DNA of 64,000 nt from Treponemataceae bacterium (lineage in GTDB: Bacteria > Spirochaetota > Spirochaetia > Treponematales > Rectinemataceae). The translations under genes were made by a program, and so were the position numbers. Below the pieces are notes generated by a model. The model was not told the DNA's origin and ran no database searches. It was given only the letters and a program-made list of their open reading frames with translations. The stretch is from the NCBI GenBank assembly GCA_963667725.2, contig CAXXHO010000003.1, positions 1,632,001-1,696,000 of the forward strand, in the 5' to 3' direction. Within the stretch, counting starts at the first letter, position 1, and each line of letters starts with the position of its first letter. Positions 17,660 through 25,388 of the stretch are shown piece after piece.

Positions 17660-19300
17660 GGGATTCCTGAAGAACCCGCTTTTCAATCTTTCAAGCCGCT
17701 CTCAACAGCCCCATTGGTATAAATTTTAATCGTTCTGCTATTTCAATAATCGTATCAATGAGCAACACAAAAAGGGCTTTCGCCTTTCTCCTTGCCAACA
17801 CCATGAGGTTCATCACCAAGAATACCATCATGATGGAAGTCTCGCTCGTTTCCTTAAGCTTCGTTCCAATACTATCGAGCGTATAACGTCGTTTCGCTTC
17901 TCCAAACTTGCCCTCTACCGCGATCCTCATGCTCTCATCTTCTCGCTCGATTCTTTTTTGTTCACGTATTCGTTCTTTATTCTTGCCGTTAACCTTGAAC
18001 GGCCTTCCCAGCTTCGGCCCCGATAATCGTATCCCATACTCTTGGCAGTACTGCAGATTCTCCCTCGTCCTATAGATCTTATCGGCGCATACCGCTTCTG
18101 GATATCTCCCATATCGCCGCTTATAGCTTTCTATTTGCCCTTTCAAATCTTTGCATTCGTTGTAGGAATCCCATGAGAGCCTATAGACTTCCGCCATTCC
18201 ATCAACAAGGCTCAACGAGAGCTTCGCTCCAAACTCATACATTCCTCGGGCCTTTCCTCTCGCGATCGGACGCACCCAAGGCTTACTTATGCTTAAGATC
18301 CTTCCTTCTATCGACCAGGTGTCACTGCGGTACAATTCTCTCTGCTGGCGGACCAATTCTCCGATTACCCACAGATCCTGCCGCTGCTTTCTCGAGAGCG
18401 AAGTTATCCCTACTTTGTCCTTGTATTCATTGATCAACCGCAGGTTCCGCTCGACATATTGGATCTGCGTTTTCAACGCTCTCCTTATCGTATTCACTCT
18501 CGGCTTTCGGTTCCGTATGAAGGTCAGAAACTCTTTTCTCGCCTTCTTCCTATACGTCCTTGGTTTTTCCCAACCCTCCGGCATTTCTTTCTGGAGCGTA
18601 TCGATGATACTTTCAGTCTTCCTTCTCGCTTCATCCAGCAAGGTCACATCATGGGGGAATCTCATATCTTCGGGAGCGCAGGTAGCATCAACGATCAAGG
18701 TCCCTTTATTCTCTTGCCCTTTCTCTTCTCCATCCCCTGCGCCGTTGCCTTTATCTTCATCATCATGGTGTTCATCGTCGGCTTTGCTCTTCTCGATGAT
18801 CAATGAATTCACTTCTTTCAGGACGTCAGCAGATAATCGTTTCCTGAAATGCACCATCATGCTCGGATCGAAAGGTATCTCATATTTGTATCCTTCGTAT
18901 CCTAAGAAGAACTGTAGATAAGGACTCTCTCGAATATCCTCCACCAGTTCTTCATCTGAAAGATTCTTCTTCTCTTTTATTATGAGAGCGCCTAACGCGA
19001 CTCTCACCGGTATCGCCGGCCTTCCATTATTAGCGACGAACAGCTTTGAATATTTCTCTTCGACATCTTTCCAAGGGATCAGGCTTGCCAAGATTACCCA
19101 ACGATTATCCGCTTTCAAGCTGCCGCCGAACACCATGTCGAACTGATCAAACTCAGGCGTATACTTTGGTATTCTGTACATCTTCGCCTTCCAAGTGCAC
19201 GACTTTTTCACGCTTTTCTTCAATTTCCGTGCACTTTTCCGGTCCATTATATCATATATTCCTTTAACTGATTTGACTTTATTTCTTTTTCAGGAGCCCC
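17660..19300 (-). mobile_element. IS5-family insertion sequence
   Basis: Imperfect TIRs GGGATTCCTGAA / GGGGCTCCTGAA; target duplication CACCTA at 17654-17659 and 19301-19306. Confidence 0.9.
17691..19181 (-). CDS. IS5-family DDE transposase
   Basis: NRWVILASLIPW, IVDATCAP, CADKIY and VEGKFGEAKRRY motifs. Confidence 0.92.
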   Translation of the reverse strand: MYRIPKYTPEFDQFDMVFGGSLKADNRWVILASLIPWKDVEEKYSKLFVANNGRPAIPVRVALGALIIKEKKNLSDEELVEDIRESPYLQFFLGYEGYKYEIPFDPSMMVHFRKRLSADVLKEVNSLIIEKSKADDEHHDDEDKGNGAGDGEEKGQENKGTLIVDATCAPEDMRFPHDVTLLDEARRKTESIIDTLQKEMPEGWEKPRTYRKKARKEFLTFIRNRKPRVNTIRRALKTQIQYVERNLRLINEYKDKVGITSLSRKQRQDLWVIGELVRQQRELYRSDTWSIEGRILSISKPWVRPIARGKARGMYEFGAKLSLSLVDGMAEVYRLSWDSYNECKDLKGQIESYKRRYGRYPEAVCADKIYRTRENLQYCQEYGIRLSGPKLGRPFKVNGKNKERIREQKRIEREDESMRIAVEGKFGEAKRRYTLDSIGTKLKETSETSIMMVFLVMNLMVLARRKAKALFVLLIDTIIEIAERLKFIPMGLLRAA

Positions 19301-19301
19301 C

Positions 19302-19419
19302 ACCTAACATTTTTGCTTAAGCTGGGAGCTTCGATCGCGAAACGGTTGGCGCGCTTTGTGCATTGTTGTTCTGCACAAAACGTACTAAAGGATTTATAAG
19401 GTTGAAGCATTTGTTCGGC
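19302..19419 (-). repeat. attC site
   Basis: GCCGAAC...GTTAGGT. Confidence 0.85.
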
Positions 19420-19453
19420 AGTTCTTCATTCTCTTATTTCCTCACAAAACATA

Positions 19454-20320
19454 TCATTCTAAAACAATCATTTCTTCACAATAGTCGGTATAAGGCCGTA
19501 TCTTATTGTAATTTCGTATGAATCGAAGCTTCGGATCTATTTGTTGTATTAAAATGTTTGTCGATTCTTCATTATACCTTTTACATATGTTTCGCGTATC
19601 TAAATCAAGTATTTTACATGCCTCTAAAGTTGGACAAAAATTCATCGAATGAAATACAAGCTTTTTATTATTTCTATTTACTATTGGTGCTTCTTTCTGG
19701 TCTATTCCAAAACGACACAACAGTAGTCTATAGGCACTTTGTAGTGAATCTTCACTGAGAAATCTAAATAAATCTTTCTTTTCATCAAACCAGGCTAATC
19801 TTCGATTAACTGAGTCCTTACAAAGAATATCGAGCCCTTCTTCATTTATATTCCGTAGCCTTTTTACTTCATCACGAACAGTTTTATTATATAATAATTC
19901 ACAGTTATGAAATAAAATACCGGAATGAACAACTACTTCTTTTCCTGCTCTATCAAAAACTTCTTTACATAATAAATTGATCCTTTTTCTCCCTTGCTCA
20001 ATTGATTGTTCTATAGAATAGCCATATGCAACTTCAGCGATTCCTGACCACACAATGGCAGAAGAACACATGGGACACGGCTCATGAGTAGACACAATCA
20101 TACATTTAGAAAGGTCCTTACCAATTATTTTTGTTGCATGCTTTATTGCATTAATCTCTGCATGTGATGTGGGATCACAAAGTGTTTCTTCTTCATCATG
20201 TGCTTGTGAAAGTATTTCATTGCCTTTTACTATTACTGCACCAAAGCCATGATTACCTTCTTTTAAGCTAGTTTTAGCTTCATGGACTGCGATTTCCATT
20301 ATACTTTCGATAAAGCTCAT
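19454..20320 (-). CDS. Nucleoside deaminase (TadA/guanine deaminase-like) with C-terminal extension, cassette
   Basis: HAE and EPCPMC zinc motifs. Confidence 0.88.
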   Translation of the reverse strand: MSFIESIMEIAVHEAKTSLKEGNHGFGAVIVKGNEILSQAHDEEETLCDPTSHAEINAIKHATKIIGKDLSKCMIVSTHEPCPMCSSAIVWSGIAEVAYGYSIEQSIEQGRKRINLLCKEVFDRAGKEVVVHSGILFHNCELLYNKTVRDEVKRLRNINEEGLDILCKDSVNRRLAWFDEKKDLFRFLSEDSLQSAYRLLLCRFGIDQKEAPIVNRNNKKLVFHSMNFCPTLEACKILDLDTRNICKRYNEESTNILIQQIDPKLRFIRNYNKIRPYTDYCEEMIVLE

Positions 20321-20364
20321 TTAATTCCTACTCAATAACAGTATTTTTTCTAGACACTTAATCC

Positions 20365-20515
20365 GCCAAACATTTTCGCTTAACCTTTAAGCTCGACCTG
20401 AGCGAACGCGAAGGTTTAGCGCGATTCTTGCACCACTTTACGTTGCCGCTCCTACTTTACTGAATCTCGCAAGAATCGTGACAAAGGGCTTATAAGGTTC
20501 AAGCGGGTGTTGGGT
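20365..20515 (-). repeat. attC site
   Basis: ACCCAAC...GTTTGGC. Confidence 0.85.
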
Positions 20516-20981
20516 TTCTTCTTTTAAAATCTTTCAATTGTCTTATTATTCCAAGATGGAATGCACAATGAGCGATTATTGCTATACTTCCACCTAAGTA
20601 ATCTTCATTTTCCCATTTATCTATCTCTTCTACAAATTCCTTAAGATTCTTGTATTCTTCTTTTAATCGCTTCTTGAGTTCTTCCCATTCCTCTTTTCTA
20701 ACATCTTTTATCTTCCAACTTTCATTCCAATCTGTCTTCCCTGTTCTCTTCCCTGTTATATATTCCTTTAAAACTACTATATAAAAGATTACATGGTTTA
20801 CATGTCCAGCTATTGTTTCAGGTATCGCATGAAAGCTCTTTCCAACTTTTTCATACGGTATGGTATCAATTGTTTCAAATAGTGATGTATTTTTATCTAG
20901 GTATATTCCATGAGACCGTTCAAATGTTTCTTCAAGTACTTCAAGTATCTGTTTTTTAACAATGTCTTCTGTAATATTCAT
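20499..20981 (-). CDS. DinB-like protein, cassette
   Basis: TIAGHVNH and IAHCAFHLGIIRQ His motifs. Confidence 0.75.
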   Translation of the reverse strand: MNITEDIVKKQILEVLEETFERSHGIYLDKNTSLFETIDTIPYEKVGKSFHAIPETIAGHVNHVIFYIVVLKEYITGKRTGKTDWNESWKIKDVRKEEWEELKKRLKEEYKNLKEFVEEIDKWENEDYLGGSIAIIAHCAFHLGIIRQLKDFKRRNPTPA

Positions 20982-21052
20982 TCGCCTGCTCCTTTTATCG
21001 TTTATATACAATTCAAGAAGATTGCTTTTTATCTTCCTGTGCGGGAGCGTCA

Positions 21053-21177
21053 ACCTAACATTGGCTTAACCCTTAACGCCAGCTCCTGAGCGAAGCGAGG
21101 GATTGGCGTGGTTTTTACGTCATCTTCTCGCAAAAACCATGACAAAAGGAGTTATAGGGTTGAAGCATGTGTTAGGT
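21053..21177 (-). repeat. attC site
   Basis: ACCTAAC...GTTAGGT, 125 bp. Confidence 0.9.
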
Positions 21178-21695
21178 TATTCTTTCTTCATTATTGTTCT
21201 TTGTACCCATGTGATATTATTCTTCGAATAATCATCTTCAGAATATATATGCCATTCTCTCCATTCTTTTGTCTCTTCATAATCATTCTCTTTAATAAAT
21301 CTTGATAATGGTTTATATGATTTAGGTACAGACCAATTAGTACCCCATACTAGGATTCCTGCCACAACTGTTGATTTTACTTTTTCTATCTTTGCATTAG
21401 TCTCTACTTTTAATCCTTTCTCAATTTTGAATCCTACTTGAACAGTATACATTTTATTTTCAGGTAGATCTAAGAACCTTACTAATAATGCTGGTGTGTT
21501 TTCTGTATTAAAGATTCTTATATACTCTTCATATATTTTTGGAGTAATTCTCCGTACTGATCGTAGAGCATCATCTTCAAATATATTTGCTTCTTCATGA
21601 TAAAAGTAATTGAATCCAATAACTCTTTGAAGTTTTGGCTCACTAATAACACATTCAGGAATGGATATACCAGTTTTAAGATCTCTCATTTCCAT
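21177..21695 (-). CDS. GyrI-like small-molecule-binding protein, cassette
   Basis: G....VPKSYKPLSRFIKEN...WREWHIY pattern. Confidence 0.6.
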   Translation of the reverse strand: MEMRDLKTGISIPECVISEPKLQRVIGFNYFYHEEANIFEDDALRSVRRITPKIYEEYIRIFNTENTPALLVRFLDLPENKMYTVQVGFKIEKGLKVETNAKIEKVKSTVVAGILVWGTNWSVPKSYKPLSRFIKENDYEETKEWREWHIYSEDDYSKNNITWVQRTIMKKE

Positions 21696-21759
21696 AGCAG
21701 CCTCACAATTGATATTCAACATATTGTTATTAAATCTTACACTTTGGCGCGAAGCGTCA

Positions 21760-21908
21760 ACCTAACATTTGTTTAACCTTTAAACCCGTCCCGAGCTACT
21801 GCGAGGGATTGGCGCGATTCTTGCAACACTCTAGTAAGCAGTAACATTCTAATGTGATATGCAAGAAGCGTGACAATAGGGTTTATAAGGTTGAAACGTT
21901 TGTTAGAA
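21760..21908 (-). repeat. attC site
   Basis: TTCTAAC...GTTAGGT, 149 bp. Confidence 0.9.
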
Positions 21909-22064
21909 TTTTCACCCCAAAGAGCACTTCTTTCTTCTCTTCTCTTTTACTAATCTACTTTCTTCTCTTCGCCGTTTTTTATGTGGATAAACCACGCGAG
22001 AATAAGGGAAAGACGCGCCGCTTCTCTTCCCTTTTCGAGCATCTATTCACTCAATAATTCTAAC
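21909..22064 (-). other. Very short first cassette of array B (gene-less, or a 30-aa ORF at 22042-21950)
   Basis: Bounded by GTTAGAATT and the matching AATTCTAAC. Confidence 0.7.
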
Positions 22065-22576
22065 AATATTTTGATTGTTCCAGATAAATCCTAATTGCTG
22101 AGAATTGCTTTTCTTAGTAATGCCATAAAAAATTAGTCCTAAAGAGTAAATAGTTATCAAGTAAAGGAATGAAAAAGTATTTTTGTACAAAAATACTTTT
22201 TATAAAGTTTGGCATATTTCTAATTACAAATAGTAGATTTATTGCAATAATACCTTTATAGCATGGCAGGCGATCATGCTTCTAAACCTTACCCTAACGA
22301 ATATCTCAAGTAATGCCTTTCCCTTACAGCCTTTCCAGACTGTAAGGGAAAGAGGAAGGATAGCATCAAATGAGTGTACCCTTCGCCGAAACAGAATGAA
22401 TACGCTCCAGTAACTTTCCTAAACCCTTGCTATGTATGTCTTTTTGTCATGATAAAGTGCTTACCTGAAAAGTCAATCTGAAAACATTATTTTCTTTTAG
22501 AATAGTTCTAAATATTTCTCTTTTAAATCACTATATAATACTAGATTAGTAACCATTAAGCGAGCCAAGTCTCATG
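22058..22576 (-). promoter_or_regulatory. attI-like site and leader of array B
   Basis: Homologous to 9042-9565; contains a perfect 30-bp palindrome at 22172-22201. Confidence 0.6.
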
Positions 22577-22596
22577 TACAGAACAGTGCAGTGTGT

Positions 22597-22980
22597 TCAG
22601 AGATTCTCTGCGTTATAAATTGTATATTTTTTCCTCCCATTTGACTTGACGGGTTTTGATTGGCTTTCATAGCGCTCCACCTGATCCTTCCATGTCCTGA
22701 TCACCGCTTCTGGTGTATCCGGCCTTAACCAGGCTTGAAACGCTTCTCCTGCATCTTTCATGCTTTCCATAAACTGATCCTGCAGTTCATAGAAGATCCG
22801 ATGCATCTCCGCGGTACTAGCTTCCGTCTTTCGATAGATATTGATCTTCGATTCCGCTTTCTCAAGGGCATCCAATATCAGCTTGGCATCTTTAAGGTTT
22901 ATGACGTGATACCCATTCCCTGACTGTTCCTTGATTTCCTGTCTCACTGCTTCAAGCTTTGCCTTCTCTTCGTCATTCAT
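22597..22980 (-). CDS. Phage hypothetical protein
   Basis: 127 aa; overlaps the methyltransferase stop; AAGGAG RBS. Confidence 0.65.
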   Translation of the reverse strand: MNDEEKAKLEAVRQEIKEQSGNGYHVINLKDAKLILDALEKAESKINIYRKTEASTAEMHRIFYELQDQFMESMKDAGEAFQAWLRPDTPEAVIRTWKDQVERYESQSKPVKSNGRKKYTIYNAENL

Positions 22981-23737
22981 CGGTAGTCTCCTTTTCTCTA
23001 TACTTCTTCAGCCGATCAAGTGCGAGCTCATGATACGACGCTTCCTTTTCAAAGCCGATAAAATGCCTTTCTTCAGCCATGGCCGCAATCGCTGTTGTCC
23101 CCGACCCCATGAAAGGGTCAAAGACGACTTCCCCTGGATTAGAGTATGTCCGGACGAGGTACCGGAAGAGTGCAACGGGTTTCTGGGTAGGATGTCTCCC
23201 CGCTCCCCCACCCTCCTTGTTGAAAGGAAGGATGCTCGTCGGATACTTCCCTTCATGCTCGTAGGCGATCTTCCATGTCTTTTTGTAGACTCCCCTTGTC
23301 GAATGCTCCTGCCCTTTGAGCTGCCTGGCCACATGAGAGGCATCCTTCTTCATCTGGGGGTTATATACCGGAAGTCTTCTATAGAACACGAGAATGAGTT
23401 CGTGCTGTCGCATCGGCATTTTATGGGAGTTTAGGAATCCGACGGGGTTTGATTTCACCCAGACCAGGTCATAGCGGAACCATTTTCTATTGGAGTTGAT
23501 CAGATCCGTGGCGAAAGGCTGTGTTGCGGTGATCACCGCGGCGCCGTTAGGTTTCAGAATCCGGAGGAACTCGGTCCACATGAATCCTAAGTCTGGCCGT
23601 TTGTCCCAGGCGCAGTCCGTGACCCCATAAGGGGGATCCGTGAGAACGAGGTCGATTGAACCATCGGGGATCCGTTTGATCCCAACCTCATAGGGAGCTA
23701 GTAAGATTTTGTCGAGCAAAGTTGAGGAAGTCGGCAT
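22973..23737 (-). CDS. Orphan N6A/N4C DNA methyltransferase (beta class)
   Basis: TDPPYG precedes HPTQKP and FDPFMGSGTT. Confidence 0.92.
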   Translation of the reverse strand: MPTSSTLLDKILLAPYEVGIKRIPDGSIDLVLTDPPYGVTDCAWDKRPDLGFMWTEFLRILKPNGAAVITATQPFATDLINSNRKWFRYDLVWVKSNPVGFLNSHKMPMRQHELILVFYRRLPVYNPQMKKDASHVARQLKGQEHSTRGVYKKTWKIAYEHEGKYPTSILPFNKEGGGAGRHPTQKPVALFRYLVRTYSNPGEVVFDPFMGSGTTAIAAMAEERHFIGFEKEASYHELALDRLKKYREKETTDE

Positions 23738-23956
23738 TGAGGCAGTGTAATATTCTACTACACATTTGTAAAGTAATATTGATTCATCGATAGCTTCATA
23801 AGTGCACATTAAAGGTTAGCTCTGGAGCTTACGATTCCTAGAATGATCTTTAGCAGCCCCATAGTGGTGTACTCTCAGGCGAGCATGACCGGTTAAAATG
23901 AAGTACTTGGGATAGGCTATATGCAACCTGGCTTTTGACCAGGAGGCTCTAGGGTG

Positions 23957-23985
23957 ATTTGACAATACTTACCGTATTGTCAAAT
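23957..23985. promoter_or_regulatory. 12-bp inverted repeat near the att site (operator or recombination-protein site)
   Basis: ATTTGACAATAC-N5-GTATTGTCAAAT. Confidence 0.45.
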
Positions 23986-24109
23986 TGCAAATAAAACATG
24001 TACCCCATGGAGTACATCATATTTTCTCATCATGTGATTCTGTAAGATTGCCGATTCATTTTACCCAATAAACACAGGGGTATTATAAATCGTGTGTGTA
24101 TATTTCCCC

Positions 24110-24152
24110 GTTCGGGACCAAGATGTCGGAGGTTCAAATCCTCTCAGCCCGA
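24110..24152 (+). other. att site: 3' half of tRNA-Pro(CGG)
   Basis: TTCGGGA anticodon loop, GGAGGTTCAAATCCTCT T-arm and CAGCCCGA acceptor strand; 5' half absent. Confidence 0.85.
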
Positions 24153-24153
24153 T

Positions 24154-24191
24154 AAAAGAAAAGCCGCCTTTACGGGCGGCTTTTCTTTTTT
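24154..24191 (+). terminator. Rho-independent terminator (probably bidirectional)
   Basis: AAAAGAAAAGCCGCC-TTTACG-GGCGGCTTTTCTTTT. Confidence 0.85.
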
Positions 24192-24215
24192 GTAGGCGTT
24201 CTCGCATCGGCTTGA

Positions 24216-25121
24216 TCAGTAATATGAAGACATAGCTCTATAATCGTATTGTATCGCCGAATGGCCAGAATACTGGTCGCCATCGGTCGTATAGACCCTA
24301 CAGTGCCGGATAGAATTCAGCGCCGTCGCGCCGACGGCATTCCCGTTGCTGTCGAAGATATCACTTCCGCTTAAGGCTATTGTATTCTGGGAATCGGGAG
24401 CGTTCTGGAAAGAACCTGACGAGAATTTCGTCGAGCTCAATTCGGTTAGCTGGTTAAAAAAATAAACGGATCGACCTATATAGTCGCCGTTGGCGTCGTA
24501 GAACCAAATCCAGCCATTCCGGACGTTGCTGCCTTTCACGGTGAAGGTGGTCAGAAGCTGTCCGCCTGAAAGCGCGAGGCTGTCGACGATTGGCCGCATG
24601 ATAGCTGGAGTGGAGAAAGCGGGGATTGAGGCTGTGGCTTCATCATCAAGACAATAGACATAAGAGTACCCTCCTGTGGATGTAGAGCCAGGTTTTCCCA
24701 TTATGAAGCTATAGGTGTCGCTTTCCCCATTGGTACGCAGTATCTTCGCGGTGAGCGCGCCGATCGGCAGTTCCTTGGGGTTAGCGCCGTACCAGTAACG
24801 AGCCGATCCCCCGACGCTATTAGTGTCCGCATGGAAGTATCTATCTTTATCAATCGTCCAATATAAGTCGGAATTGTCGGGCAGGTAAATCCTTACATAT
24901 TCGATGTCGGACGCGCTAAGGTCTTCCTTAAAAAATACCTCGAAACTATAGGTGAGCGACGGCTTTACATCGCTCCCTGCCGCCCAACGATCGCTTGCCA
25001 CGTTCTCAATGAACCAGCCAACGTCCTCAATCGTCACTGTTTTAGTGCCACCGATGATCAAGGAACAAGAGTACTGCATGAGCAGTCCAACAAGGCATAC
25101 CAACAATGTCAATTTTTTCAC
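24216..25121 (-). CDS. Putative exported protein/lipoprotein
   Basis: Signal peptide ending in YSC; GGAGG RBS. Confidence 0.7.
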   Translation of the reverse strand: MKKLTLLVCLVGLLMQYSCSLIIGGTKTVTIEDVGWFIENVASDRWAAGSDVKPSLTYSFEVFFKEDLSASDIEYVRIYLPDNSDLYWTIDKDRYFHADTNSVGGSARYWYGANPKELPIGALTAKILRTNGESDTYSFIMGKPGSTSTGGYSYVYCLDDEATASIPAFSTPAIMRPIVDSLALSGGQLLTTFTVKGSNVRNGWIWFYDANGDYIGRSVYFFNQLTELSSTKFSSGSFQNAPDSQNTIALSGSDIFDSNGNAVGATALNSIRHCRVYTTDGDQYSGHSAIQYDYRAMSSYY

Positions 25122-25388
25122 AGAACCCTCCAGCCGCGGCTTTTTTATTCTATTTTTTTACGATCAAACATAGTATATTCCCTGATCGCGGTCCTAGGAA
25201 GTCAAGAATATAGCCAATTATAAAAACAATTGGACAGGCAATGAAAACGTGGCACACAAAGGTTTAGCTGTTTCACGGCGCAAAGGAAACCAGGCAAGAA
25301 AAGCTAGCTTTACCAAGATTTATGCAATAGACTATTAATAGCGATCTTTAGAAAACCTGGGTTTTATTGATCATCGGTAAGCATCGGG

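Larger units (their letters stand above)
10736..22064 (-). mobile_element. Integron cassette array B (no intI nearby)
   Basis: 12 co-oriented cassettes, 10 full-length attC sites plus one remnant; headed by GTTAGAA at 22064-22058. Confidence 0.85.
1..24152. mobile_element. Prophage-like integrative element (right part; continues left of window), probably defective, carrying integron cassette arrays
   Basis: Phage-type replication initiator, small phage ORFs and orphan DNA methyltransferase; ends at a tRNA-Pro 3' duplication; AT-rich cargo contrasts with GC-rich host genes to the right. Confidence 0.8.

Noticed and set aside
3339..21908. Intergenic repeats as CRISPR, REP or MITE elements
   Set aside because: One per gene, with RYYYAAC...GTTRRRY ends and self-matching cores, which identifies them as attC sites.
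5304..22057. Short plus-strand ORFs over attC sites (5304, 11711, 13009, 21108, 21854)
   Set aside because: They are translations of the palindromic repeats and lie antisense to the cassettes.
24110..24152. Functional tRNA-Pro
   Set aside because: The acceptor 5' strand and D-arm are missing; it is an att duplication.
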